Positions 1-10,004 of a stretch of 41,452 bases of DNA are shown here, one piece after another (positions within the stretch are counted from its first letter, which is position 1; each line of letters opens with the position of its first letter). Location: the NCBI GenBank assembly GCA_015523565.1, contig WAKA01000084.1, positions 1 through 41,452 of the forward strand, read 5' to 3'. This DNA comes from Candidatus Heimdallarchaeota archaeon (lineage in GTDB: Archaea; Asgardarchaeota; Heimdallarchaeia; Heimdallarchaeales; Kariarchaeaceae). The translations under genes were made by a program, and so were the position numbers. The notes under the pieces are model-generated. The model had not been told where the DNA came from, did no database searches, and worked only from the letters and a program-made list of their open reading frames with translations.

Positions 1-1209
1 ATTAACAAGTTTGCGGATTCTTATTGGCAGACAAAAGACATTACAAAAGAAGCAACCAATCCTTATCTTATTGTATTGAATGAGGCTGAAAAGGGAAAGA
101 TTCCTGTCAAGGGGATGGGATACAAGGGTTCCTTTGCCGACAAGGGGTGGGACACAATATGGACAGACATGTCCGAAATTGTACGACCAACACGGGATGG
201 AATATATGGTCGAGAATATATTTCAACTGAGACGACAATTGGCAGTCGTTCCATAATTCCAACCCTTGATGAACACAACCCGCAATTTGTCAAATTATCC
301 CTTCCTGTCATTTTTGATCATTTGCCAGATACGATATCCAACAAGGTTGTTCTCGAATCTATAGCCAAGGCTTCAAATGAGGTGGGAACCGTTTTTATCG
401 CTTCCCCCAACCAAGTCTCTTCATTGAAACTAACAGATCGGCTAATTATGAAAATTTCTGATTTGAATGAGTTGTCGTTCAATATTGATCCTTTGGGAAT
501 CGAGGTTGACTTGCCTGGATTACTTGGATTTAACCCCTATGGAGAGGAAGTTGCAAAAATTTATCGGAATGACAGTTTTGATATGATTGTTTCTACAATC
601 AAAAAGGTCAAAGGGCATTTTCCAAGGAAATTGCTGATCATCAGACTTCCTCTCACTGAATCAACTGGTCCTTTCCTTGTCAAACTTCTGAAAAACGTAT
701 CCTTTGATGCTGTTCATCTTTATGCGGATTATCATGGGGATACATTTGCGGATGATTTTGAAATTAGGCAATTCATTAAAGATGCATTAAGGCAAGCCCA
801 TGAGACCTTGGTTAAAGAGGGGATAAGGGATCAAATCTCTGTCATTGCAAGCGGCGGGATAATTTTGGCAGAGCATGTGCCAAAAGCGATGATCTGTGGC
901 GCCGATGTTACTGCAATCAATTCTACCGCTTTGGTTGCATTGCAAATGAAATTCAAGGATGAATGCAAAAACCCCTATCAGTCAAAGATTGCCCCTGACA
1001 GTTTTAATACTGATTGGGGGAGACAAAGGCTGGTAAACCTTCTTGCTGCATGGCATTACCAAATACTTGAAGTTCTAAGTGCCATGGGTATGAGGGACGT
1101 ACGCAGATTAAGAGGGGATATAGGACGTGCCATCTTCAAGGAAGAAATTGAAAAAGAAGCCTTTGGGGATATTCGGGGATTTGCCCAAAAGGGAGGTGTA
1201 TACCCATGA
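1..1209 (+). CDS. Glutamate synthase-related FMN-barrel protein (GltB2-like, degenerate), 5'-truncated by window edge
   Basis: Frame is open from base 1 (INKFADSYWQ...). C-terminal GIRDQISVIASGGI...KAMICGAD and EVLSAMG...LRG match the GltS FMN barrel. The KxxQGAKPG motif is absent. Confidence 0.8.
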   Translation: MNKFADSYWQTKDITKEATNPYLIVLNEAEKGKIPVKGMGYKGSFADKGWDTIWTDMSEIVRPTRDGIYGREYISTETTIGSRSIIPTLDEHNPQFVKLSLPVIFDHLPDTISNKVVLESIAKASNEVGTVFIASPNQVSSLKLTDRLIMKISDLNELSFNIDPLGIEVDLPGLLGFNPYGEEVAKIYRNDSFDMIVSTIKKVKGHFPRKLLIIRLPLTESTGPFLVKLLKNVSFDAVHLYADYHGDTFADDFEIRQFIKDALRQAHETLVKEGIRDQISVIASGGIILAEHVPKAMICGADVTAINSTALVALQMKFKDECKNPYQSKIAPDSFNTDWGRQRLVNLLAAWHYQILEVLSAMGMRDVRRLRGDIGRAIFKEEIEKEAFGDIRGFAQKGGVYP

Positions 1210-2507
1210 TGTCCACTGGTCTGCAATTAAGAGTCCAAAAGCATGCCAATCATATTAACGAGGGTCTGAAAAAACTCGTTTTGTCCAATATCCCCCCTCC
1301 CCCCGCATTGGGGAATTATCGATGGACCTCCGACCTGATCAGGGCTACATATTTCCAAGCCTTAACAGGTGAAATTCCTCCTGAAACTTTAAACTATAAG
1401 ACTGGTGCAAGCAATGGCGGATTTGACATGCTTCATTTTGATTTCCAGGAGCATATTGACCAAAGCTCAATTGATATTCGGTCTTTTGATCTGGGAATCG
1501 ATCTCAACCGACGGGGGAATGGATCCAAAATCAAAATCTCTCAACCCACCTATGGCGGGGGGATGTCCTTTGGATCTATCAGCTTAAACTTCATGGTTGC
1601 AAGGGCAAAGGCGGCGCAAATGCTAAATACTTTTACATGTACTGGTGAAGGTGGCTATCCTGAAGAGCTCTTGCCTTACAAGGATCATGTAATTACACAA
1701 GTCGCAACTGGATTGTTTGGTGTCAAGGAGGAGACAATACAGCATGCCCGCATTGTTGAATTCAAGTACGCTCAAGGTGCAAAACCTGGTCTGGGTGGTC
1801 ATCTTCTTGCTGATAAGGTTACTGCACAAGTGGCAAAAATGAGGGATTCTGTTGCATTTTCCAGTCTATTTTCTCCTTCCCCCTTTCACTCTGTATATTC
1901 TGTAGAGGATCATAAAAAACATGTTGACTGGATAAAAATCACAAATCCCTCTGCGCTGGTGTCTGTTAAGGTGTCAACACCGAAAGATGTTGAAATGGTG
2001 GCTATTGGAAGCTATTATGCAGGGGCAAACATAATCCATATCGATGGCGCTTATGGTGGAACTGGTGCGGCACCAGAAATCGCTAAAAAGAATATTGCCA
2101 TGCCAATAGAGTATGCAATCCCCAAAGTACACAAATATCTTGTTCAAGAAGGTGTGCGGGACGAAATTACACTTATTGCAAGTGGTGGAATACGCACGGC
2201 TTATGACGTGGCAAAAGCCATTGCGCTTGGTGCTGACGGCGCTGTTATTGGCACAGCAGAAAATATTGCCATAGGTTGCACGCACTGCGGAAACTGTGAA
2301 AGGGGAAGAGGATGCCAGATCGGCATTGCAACTTCGGATCCGGAACTGAGTCAATACAGACCTGTTGACTGGTCTGCAAACAGAATTGTAAACCTGTATC
2401 GGGCATGGAATAAACAATATGCACAGATACTTGCTGGTCTCGGCTTGAAAAAGATAAGTGAACTTCGTGGAAGGACAGACTTGCTTTATTATGGAGGAGG
2501 CAACTGA
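1206..2507 (+). CDS. FMN-binding glutamate synthase subunit (archaeal-type GltB2)
   Basis: GMSFGSIS, TGEGG, QVATGLFGV, FKYAQGAKPGLGGHL, IDGAYGGTGAAP, ASGGIRT and Fe-S motif CxxCxxCx5C. ATGA overlap with the upstream gene. Confidence 0.92.
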   Translation: MMSTGLQLRVQKHANHINEGLKKLVLSNIPPPPALGNYRWTSDLIRATYFQALTGEIPPETLNYKTGASNGGFDMLHFDFQEHIDQSSIDIRSFDLGIDLNRRGNGSKIKISQPTYGGGMSFGSISLNFMVARAKAAQMLNTFTCTGEGGYPEELLPYKDHVITQVATGLFGVKEETIQHARIVEFKYAQGAKPGLGGHLLADKVTAQVAKMRDSVAFSSLFSPSPFHSVYSVEDHKKHVDWIKITNPSALVSVKVSTPKDVEMVAIGSYYAGANIIHIDGAYGGTGAAPEIAKKNIAMPIEYAIPKVHKYLVQEGVRDEITLIASGGIRTAYDVAKAIALGADGAVIGTAENIAIGCTHCGNCERGRGCQIGIATSDPELSQYRPVDWSANRIVNLYRAWNKQYAQILAGLGLKKISELRGRTDLLYYGGGN

Positions 2508-2509
2508 TT

Positions 2510-5008
2510 ATGAAAAAAATCATAGAAAGCAGAAAAAAAATTGTAGAAGGGCTTCACATTCCCACTGAATCCGTAGAGGGTGAAGGTGGGTGCGGTGTTG
2601 TTGGCTTTGCCTGCACTACCCAAGTCGAAGGTCGTCACTTATTGGCGGCATTAAGGCAGATGACCAACCGTGGCAATGGGAAAGGTGGTGGTATTGCCGC
2701 AGTCGGGCTTGACCCATCATTTTTTAATACATCTCTTGAGACCCTCGAAAGTCATTATCTTTTGGCAATTGCATTCCTTGATCTTAATGTCAAAGAGGAA
2801 CTGGAAAATGAATTCATCGCTTCAAAATTTGACATAGCCTCACAAGGGGTTTTTCCGGAACTTGATGATTTCTCATCCATTGGGTTGGAAATCAAGCCTC
2901 CCACTGTCCATTATTATCTAGTTAAACCAAAGACAAGTGCATTGGACATCTTTGTTTCAGATAATGACCTTTCAAAACTCCCCAAAAGTGATATTGAGGA
3001 TGAATTTGTCTATCAAAACTCATTCCTCCTCAACAAAAGATATTACTCATCACTGGGTGAAAAAAAGGCTTTTGTCCTTTCTCATGGGAAAAACCTGTTG
3101 GTTCTAAAAATTGTCGGATATGCAAATCAAGTAATTGAATATTATAAAATGGAAAATTTCAAGGCACATGTCTGGATCGGACACCATAGGTATCCCACAA
3201 AGGGGACAGTTTGGCACCCTGGCGGCGCCCATCCTTTCATTGGTCTGAATGAGGCACTCGTGCATAATGGTGATTTTGCAAACTACCATTCGGTAGCTGA
3301 ATATCTTGCGCAAAGAAACATTTATCCCCTTTTCTTGACAGATACGGAAGTCGCCGCGCTTCAATTCGATCTTTATTCGCGTGTCTACAAATATCCGATT
3401 GAAGCAGTTATTGAAGCTTTGGCTCCCACTACAGAACGGGACTTCGTTCTTCTCCCCCCTGATAAAAAAGAGCTTTACTCGAAAATTCAATACAATCATC
3501 TTCATGGGTCACCTGATGGTCCTTGGTTCTTTATCATTGCACAGAATGTTCCTGCATATGACAGTTACAATCTTATTGGCATTACTGATACTTCTATGCT
3601 CCGACCACAAGTATTTGCCATCCAATCCAATGAAGAAACAATAGGGCTTATTGCATCTGAAAGACAGGCTATTGATGCAATCCTTAGGTCCATGTCAGAA
3701 CATGACCCCCGTTTTGGTTCAAAGGCCGATATATATTGGAATGCAAGAGGCGGAAGCCACACAGATGGTGGTGCATTCATTTTCTCGATTGACAAAAAAG
3801 ACAAATCAATGGTCTGCACCAACAAATTCGGTCAAATCGTGCATGTTCCAGAAAAGCGTAATGGCTCCCATCAAATTGAAGTCATCAAGAAACTTGCAGA
3901 GGGAAACAGATTCCCGTTAGTGGATGATTGCCTTCAAAAAGCCGATGGTCTCCCTCAACTGATTGACCAAATCTTGACTCATCATGACCCCCTCGAAACA
4001 TTTCATTCTCTTTCATTTCTTCTTGATATATGGCATTTGATTCCTAATTCCTCAAATGGTATGCTACGGGGTAAAGTTGAAAGTGGCATCACAAATGCCC
4101 TCAAAAAAGTTCCCCATATTACAGATGGTTCTGGGGAATATCTGCGCATTAATTTCGAAACTTGGAAAAATATTCGGTCTCCCATGAGGAATGAAAAATC
4201 ATTGGTGATCGACATTGCAGACTTTCCGCCTGAAGGGGAAGAAAGTGCCGCTTTTGCCATTGTTGAAGCATATAGGCTTGGATGGAAACATGTGATCACA
4301 TTTGATTGGAGAGGTCAACGGTTCTGCGGAAGTGGTTTGGGTCCAAATAGCGATGGCTTTCGCATTGACGTTTACGGAAATCCTGGAGACTATTTGGGAT
4401 CTGGTTTGGATGGTGCTGAAATCTATGTTCATACTGCCGCACAGGATCAAGTTGGTCAAATCATGCGAAGGGGCAAGCTTGTGGTTTATGGTGATGTGGG
4501 TCAGACATTTATGTATGGGGCAAAAGGTGGTGAGGCTTTTGTTCTAGGAAATGCCGCAGGAAGACCTTTGATAAATGCTGGTGGTTCGCCTCGTGTTGTC
4601 ATTAATGGCACATGTCTTGATTACTTGGCTGAATCATTTATGGCTGGAGACCCCTTGAATGGTGGAGGCTTTGTCATCATCAATGGTGTCAAATTTGATG
4701 AGAATGGTGCTCCTGTTGACCTCCCAGAGCCTTATCCTGGTGGAAACCTGTTTTCACTTGCATCTGGTGGCGGTATATATATCCGAGACCCAAATAGGCT
4801 TGTATCAAAGGACCAATTGAATGGAGGTACATTTGTAAACCTTTCTCCAAGGGATATGGATCTTATTCTCCACTATTTGGATGAGAATGCATCCTTGTTC
4901 AGGTATTATCCATTTTCCAAGGAGATGCTGAACCAGCTAATGGAACAAGACCTTTCATTCAATTTATATCGAAAAATCATCCCAGTAAAACTAAAAGAAC
5001 TTTCTTGA
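2510..5008 (+). CDS. Glutamate synthase glutamine amidotransferase (Ntn, GltB1) fused to GXGXG (GltB3) domain
   Basis: CGVVG (Cys29), NRGNGKGGG, HHRYPT, HPF, HNGD, TDTE. C-terminal GNPGDYLGSG/GDVGQTFMYGAKGG beta-helix repeats. Confidence 0.9.
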   Translation: MKKIIESRKKIVEGLHIPTESVEGEGGCGVVGFACTTQVEGRHLLAALRQMTNRGNGKGGGIAAVGLDPSFFNTSLETLESHYLLAIAFLDLNVKEELENEFIASKFDIASQGVFPELDDFSSIGLEIKPPTVHYYLVKPKTSALDIFVSDNDLSKLPKSDIEDEFVYQNSFLLNKRYYSSLGEKKAFVLSHGKNLLVLKIVGYANQVIEYYKMENFKAHVWIGHHRYPTKGTVWHPGGAHPFIGLNEALVHNGDFANYHSVAEYLAQRNIYPLFLTDTEVAALQFDLYSRVYKYPIEAVIEALAPTTERDFVLLPPDKKELYSKIQYNHLHGSPDGPWFFIIAQNVPAYDSYNLIGITDTSMLRPQVFAIQSNEETIGLIASERQAIDAILRSMSEHDPRFGSKADIYWNARGGSHTDGGAFIFSIDKKDKSMVCTNKFGQIVHVPEKRNGSHQIEVIKKLAEGNRFPLVDDCLQKADGLPQLIDQILTHHDPLETFHSLSFLLDIWHLIPNSSNGMLRGKVESGITNALKKVPHITDGSGEYLRINFETWKNIRSPMRNEKSLVIDIADFPPEGEESAAFAIVEAYRLGWKHVITFDWRGQRFCGSGLGPNSDGFRIDVYGNPGDYLGSGLDGAEIYVHTAAQDQVGQIMRRGKLVVYGDVGQTFMYGAKGGEAFVLGNAAGRPLINAGGSPRVVINGTCLDYLAESFMAGDPLNGGGFVIINGVKFDENGAPVDLPEPYPGGNLFSLASGGGIYIRDPNRLVSKDQLNGGTFVNLSPRDMDLILHYLDENASLFRYYPFSKEMLNQLMEQDLSFNLYRKIIPVKLKELS

Positions 5009-5016
5009 CTTTATTA

Positions 5017-5841
5017 TTATTCGTCAAGTATTGTCATTTCAGGATTAAAATCATCTGTAAACACTGGCTCTGGTATGGTTGCCTCAACTCCATCATTTTG
5101 AAGAATGGCTTCGCGCCACTCTTCTGCCACTTCCCTGACTTTTTCATTCGGTAATGTGACAGAATATACATGCAATGATAGCCAATATTTGTTCCCCTTC
5201 TTTTTTGGATGACTTTTGAAATAGCATTCTGGATACTTTTTCACCAGTTTTCGTGTAATTCCTGTAATTTTAGATTCCCCAATATTGTATGCGTTGAAAC
5301 CATATTCATGGAACGTTGCCCTCCCAAATTTCTCAACCAGTCTTGGAATGATTTCATTGTCCAAAATAGACTTCATTTCTCGTGGCACTCCTGGCAGGGA
5401 GAACCAAATCATGTCACCTACATGTGTCATGACTCCTGGTGCCACTCCCTCTTCATTTTGAAGCGGAACACTCTCCGAAGGAAGCATGGCCATTTTCATT
5501 CTGCTTTCACTTACATTTCCTATCCTTCTTTTGATGAATTCCAAAGCTTTTTCATTTAACTCCAAAGGTCTTTTCAGAAATTTTGCAATTGCCTCCAACT
5601 GAATGTCATCATGGGTCGGTCCTAATCCCCCCATGATTATCAAAATTTTGGGTTGCCTTTTTGTAATCTCATTCAATGCTTCATGAATATCCTCAAAATA
5701 ATCCCCTACCGTTGTAATTCGTTTCATTTTATAACCCAATTTAGTCATTTTGAGACCAATGTATGTTGCATTGGTGTTGACAGTTCGTCCAATGAGTAAT
5801 TCATTGCCTAAACAAAGAAGTTCTACTTCTGGAAATTCCAC
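5017..5841 (-). CDS. COG1058 / CinA N-terminal molybdopterin-binding-fold pyrophosphatase
   Basis: GNELLIGRTVNTN, GGLGPTHDD, GVAPG, LPGVPREM. No CinA C-terminal deamidase domain. Confidence 0.9.
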   Translation of the reverse strand: MEFPEVELLCLGNELLIGRTVNTNATYIGLKMTKLGYKMKRITTVGDYFEDIHEALNEITKRQPKILIIMGGLGPTHDDIQLEAIAKFLKRPLELNEKALEFIKRRIGNVSESRMKMAMLPSESVPLQNEEGVAPGVMTHVGDMIWFSLPGVPREMKSILDNEIIPRLVEKFGRATFHEYGFNAYNIGESKITGITRKLVKKYPECYFKSHPKKKGNKYWLSLHVYSVTLPNEKVREVAEEWREAILQNDGVEATIPEPVFTDDFNPEMTILDE

Positions 5842-6052
5842 AATTCATGTATCTTGTGTTCATTTATGACTGTTGTTGCCCATATTCCAAAAATTATTGG
5901 ACTATTTTCAATGAATGTGGCATTTCTCTTAATTTATTTATATATTTGAAGGTGAAACTGAATATTCATGACGGAAATAATACAATCATACATGGGTAAA
6001 CTACCGTTCCTTTTGAATATTCTTTAAGAGATTTAAAATTCCAATAAATTTT

Positions 6053-6700
6053 CTATTGTTTTTTTTTCTCCTGTTGCGAAATTTGAGAAACCTGTTCTCT
6101 TTCATTGAATCTCGCCAAAATTCTGTTGATCAGGGATGTTGTCGAAAGCCCTTCAACTTCTGACTTCAATCGCACAATCTCAATCTCAGGAAATCCTCTT
6201 CTCGTCAATTGTCCTTTCAATTTTTCAAGATCATAATGCTGATCCGCACCAATTGCTACAATATCGGGTTCCACTCGTTCAATTGTCTTGATATGATCAT
6301 TAGGATGACCTAAAATTGCGATATCAACAGGTTTAAGTGCTTGGACAATGAATCTCCTGTCTTCTTCATGATTAATGGGCTTTCTTTTCCATTTTTGTGC
6401 GGTGACATCCCTTGCAATGACCACAACTAAAATATCACCTAAGCTTTTTGCCTCATTTAATGTTTCAATGTGTCCCCTATGAATTAAATCATATACGCCA
6501 CCTGTAAAAACAATTTTCAATTCTTTTCTTCCTGATGGCGTCAATTTAAGCTCTCCCTCGACTTCTTCAATCATCCCCACTTTCTGCAATTTACTGATAT
6601 CATCCCTTTTTATTCCTGATTCTCCAATTATATTCTCTAAAAACGGTTTTCCCTTTAAGCCTTCAATATATACTCTCTTCAATAATTCTTTCACTATCAT
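6053..6700 (-). CDS. ribL: Cytidylyltransferase-family protein, probable archaeal FAD synthase (RibL-like), with N-terminal winged-helix extension
   Basis: GGVYDLIHRGH (HxGH), VVIARD, PDIVAIGADQ, STT. N-terminal LQKVGMIE...LKLTPSG resembles a wHTH wing. Confidence 0.7.
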   Translation of the reverse strand: MIVKELLKRVYIEGLKGKPFLENIIGESGIKRDDISKLQKVGMIEEVEGELKLTPSGRKELKIVFTGGVYDLIHRGHIETLNEAKSLGDILVVVIARDVTAQKWKRKPINHEEDRRFIVQALKPVDIAILGHPNDHIKTIERVEPDIVAIGADQHYDLEKLKGQLTRRGFPEIEIVRLKSEVEGLSTTSLINRILARFNEREQVSQISQQEKKKQ

Positions 6701-6877
6701 TCACTTTTTCAATTCTTGAGATTACTTTGAATGTATTCTTTATGAACATATGGATGCCTTTTCGGTTATTTATAGACACGAAAAAAGGCAACGTTTTCGT
6801 TTTTTTCCAGAAAATGCCTGAATTTTCATCTGGAAATTTAAAACCTTCAAAATTTAATTGTAAATGAGAGTGATTTT

Positions 6878-8200
6878 GTGCCATCCATTAGCTATCAGAT
6901 GCCAAAACGATTGAGTGGAAGTACCGCCGAAGCCTGTCAAATCCATTTGAGGGCCATCGTTAAAGCAATCAATGACGTCCATCCAAAACGTATGTTCCTC
7001 AAGTTGGATGCTGAACCATTCAATCATGAAAAGCAAGTGTTGATAGCCACTGGAAAAAATGCATTGGAAATGGCTTTGAGTTGCAACGAAAAATCAAAAA
7101 CAGGTTTCCAGAAAGCCTTTATCCTGCAGGTTGATGGATACTTTGATGAACCAAGCCTGAAGTTAATGCCTCCTCATTGGATATTCAGAAAAACAAGCCA
7201 CCCTCTGCCCGATAAAAACACAATTGACGCTTCTGAAGAGATATTGAATTATCTACAATCCATTCCAAAAGACACTATTGTTCATTTTTGTATCAGTGGA
7301 GGGACATCTTCCAGCTTTGCAGTCCCTGAAGTTGGATTGGATTTAAATACTTATCAACAGATAATTTTTGATGCCATTAATTCAGGCTTTGATATCCATG
7401 AACTTAACTATTTACGTGCCTTGATTGATCGAACCAAAGGCGGCAAAACGGCTGAAATGATTCCTGACAATCCAATCTATACTTGGGTGGTTTCAGACGT
7501 AATTGATGACAACCCTGCATATGTTGGATCTGGTCCCACTGTCGCTGGAATGGCTCGACATTACAAAGTTGAGGATTGGCTTCAACAAAAAATCCAATCC
7601 CTAAATTTAAACATAAGATTTGAGTACTTGCTCGAACTTTTTACCATGGCCCAAGAGACAAAAGAAAACCTCTCGGTTTCAATTGTCTCCACAAGAGCTG
7701 ATTTTGCCCGTGCCCTTCAACAAAGATTGGATTCTTCTGGCTTTTCAAATGAAATTGTCTCACTTGATCTTGCAGGTGATATAAAAGAATGTGCCACTGA
7801 TATAATGCAAACCATTGCCGAAAAAGCAAGGTCTGCAACTGATGAGCTTCGCCATACCCTGATCTGGATGGGGGAGCCAACTATTAAACTTGATTCTGAA
7901 GCAACAAAGGGAAAGGGAGGTCGAATTTCCGCCCTTGCAGTATTAATGGCGGAACACCTCCGAAACCATCCTCATATCCTTTTTCTGGGATTGGCTACCG
8001 ATGGAAAAGACGGTAGATCTCCAGACCCTGCTTATGTTGTTTCCTCTGAAACATGGCAACATCTCAGACCTTTAGGGGGGCCCTTTGCAATCCTGAAAAA
8101 AGGAAATTCAGGAAAAGCTCTTTCTTCATTGGGATATGGCATTCCTCTTTCAAATACCCAAATCAATTTGCTAGATCTTTACTTGGCAATTTTCACTTAA
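6878..8200 (+). CDS. Glycerate 2-kinase (MOFRL/DUF4147 family), divergent
   Basis: ATGKNA, SHPLPD, ISGGTSS, KGG, SDV, GSGPT, GKGGR, TDGKDG, N-x-x-D C-terminus. Confidence 0.8.
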   Translation: MPSISYQMPKRLSGSTAEACQIHLRAIVKAINDVHPKRMFLKLDAEPFNHEKQVLIATGKNALEMALSCNEKSKTGFQKAFILQVDGYFDEPSLKLMPPHWIFRKTSHPLPDKNTIDASEEILNYLQSIPKDTIVHFCISGGTSSSFAVPEVGLDLNTYQQIIFDAINSGFDIHELNYLRALIDRTKGGKTAEMIPDNPIYTWVVSDVIDDNPAYVGSGPTVAGMARHYKVEDWLQQKIQSLNLNIRFEYLLELFTMAQETKENLSVSIVSTRADFARALQQRLDSSGFSNEIVSLDLAGDIKECATDIMQTIAEKARSATDELRHTLIWMGEPTIKLDSEATKGKGGRISALAVLMAEHLRNHPHILFLGLATDGKDGRSPDPAYVVSSETWQHLRPLGGPFAILKKGNSGKALSSLGYGIPLSNTQINLLDLYLAIFT

Positions 8201-8262
8201 ACCTTGTCTGTCAAAAAAACATTCATAACTTAATACGTTCGTCCACTATAAGGAAGGAACTC

Positions 8263-9960
8263 TTGAAAAAAACCTTGATCTTTTTTGGTGGTTTGCTTAC
8301 CTTGCTCCTTATTCCAATGGGTGTCCCACCTATGGTTATCGTTGGAGAAACCGTACCATCTCAAACACATTACTTGCCTATGCAACTTAACAGGACAGAC
8401 TTGTTGCCTCTTCTTAACCTTTCTTCAACTTCTGTTGAACGCGGAAACTCGCTTACCGTTTTGATCGCCTTAAGGGACAAAAATAATGCAAGCATATTTT
8501 ATGAGGGCATTCCTTTTTTCCTTTGGATTCATGATGTGGAAAATAATGTCACATCCTCGCTTGTCAACGATACAACAACAAATGGATTCTACAATTACAC
8601 ATTGGAGACTTACTTTACTGAAACCCCACTGCATAAGGGCAACTATACGTTGACCTCCCAATTCAATGTCACTGGCATTGGGATTTTGGAGGTTTCCAGT
8701 TCATTTGAAGTGGTTCTAAATCCCAGCGCAAAAGTTCTGTTCCTTCCTGATTACACTCTTATTGATTTCTTAAAAGTAGATGAAAATTTTACAATTACAA
8801 TAAACATGGAAAATGTGGGTGCTGCGAATGCTTTCAACGTCTCCATAAATATTCAATCAATTGATGAGCCAGTTGGTCTCATTGCCTCCCAATTCCCAAT
8901 CAAAATTCCATTGATGGCGTCACAGACTACATTCTCTTTTAACTTCACCGTTAATCCAACGCGGTTTGGGTTAGGGAAGATATCTTTTTTGACATCTTAT
9001 ACTAATGCAGAAGGCATAAGCAAATTAGGTAGCTTTTCAATTAATTTCCGGATTCTACCAAGATTAATCGCCTCCTTTTCACCCGAAACGGAATTGTTCT
9101 CTGGGAACCTTACAAAATTCAACCTAAGGATTACAAACCTTGAACGCGCAAACTTTACAATCTCATATTCCCTCACATCTGACCTGATCTCATTTTTCAC
9201 CGACTTGGAAACTAATAAACAGCTAATCTTGGCAGGTCAAACCATCTCAAAGAAAGTGACTGGCGCCGTTCTTAAAGACGGCTTGGCTACTGTGACCCTC
9301 AAGGTTATATTTTTCGATGAAGATGGTAGTGGAACGGCTGAAATTCTAATTATTACCCAAACGTTTTCGGTCTCTACCTCTCCACTCAATGTCATTATTA
9401 ATAACCCCAATCCCAATCAATGGCTCTTGGTCATCAATCTGTTATTTCTTGTAATACTTCTTGCCAGTGTCGTTATACTTTATTTTAAACCACAACTCAG
9501 AAATCAAATTTTGAGAAAATTTATGGCTCCCAGCGTGCCTAACTATGAATTGGATACTGAAAATGTTATTGTTGATGGATCAAATGTTGCTTGGGAAAGA
9601 CCAGACAATGAAGGAAAACCCAACCTGAAAAATATTGACCTTGCAGTTTCCACTCTCAAACAGGCAGGATTTAAGGACATTTTGGTCATCGTTGATGCCG
9701 CCCTTCGTTATCAAGTTTCAAATATTGATGAATTTGACAAGGCTGCAAGAAGCGGCAAAATTCACGTAATGCCTGCAAAAGTTTCCGCAGATCAATTTAT
9801 CTTGCGACTCGCCAAGGAACGGAATGCAATGGTTCTTACCAATGACTTGTTCAAGGAATTCAGGGATGAAATGGATGATATTGATGAAAAACGGATACCC
9901 TATACCATTCTGAATGGTATCCTTTACTTGCACCCTTTGGGAAAAAGAAGAAATGAATAG
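8263..9960 (+). CDS. Single-pass membrane protein: signal peptide, Ig/CARDB-like ectodomain, TM helix, C-terminal NYN/PIN (Zc3h12a/Regnase-like) RNase
   Basis: Likely TTG start at 8263 after AAGGAAGGA. MKKTLIFFGGLLTLLL signal; ENVGAANAFNV CARDB-like motif; TM WLLVINLLFLVILLASVVILYF then basic residues; VIVDGSNVA...VDAA...SADQFIL...TNDLFKEF. Confidence 0.85.
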   Translation: MKKTLIFFGGLLTLLLIPMGVPPMVIVGETVPSQTHYLPMQLNRTDLLPLLNLSSTSVERGNSLTVLIALRDKNNASIFYEGIPFFLWIHDVENNVTSSLVNDTTTNGFYNYTLETYFTETPLHKGNYTLTSQFNVTGIGILEVSSSFEVVLNPSAKVLFLPDYTLIDFLKVDENFTITINMENVGAANAFNVSINIQSIDEPVGLIASQFPIKIPLMASQTTFSFNFTVNPTRFGLGKISFLTSYTNAEGISKLGSFSINFRILPRLIASFSPETELFSGNLTKFNLRITNLERANFTISYSLTSDLISFFTDLETNKQLILAGQTISKKVTGAVLKDGLATVTLKVIFFDEDGSGTAEILIITQTFSVSTSPLNVIINNPNPNQWLLVINLLFLVILLASVVILYFKPQLRNQILRKFMAPSVPNYELDTENVIVDGSNVAWERPDNEGKPNLKNIDLAVSTLKQAGFKDILVIVDAALRYQVSNIDEFDKAARSGKIHVMPAKVSADQFILRLAKERNAMVLTNDLFKEFRDEMDDIDEKRIPYTILNGILYLHPLGKRRNE

Positions 9961-10004
9961 CACAAATCCGAAAAGCTTTATCTTTATTGGGAGAGCTTAC
10001 TCTG

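Noticed and set aside
5958-6022. Two GAATATTC palindromes enclosing ACGG/CCGT (possible ncRNA, SECIS or operator)
   Set aside because: Short AT-rich stems, no correct SECIS geometry; cannot be distinguished from chance.
8053-8262. N-terminal 70 aa of the 635-aa ORF call
   Set aside because: Overlaps the glycerate kinase; the signal peptide and SD indicate a start at 8263.
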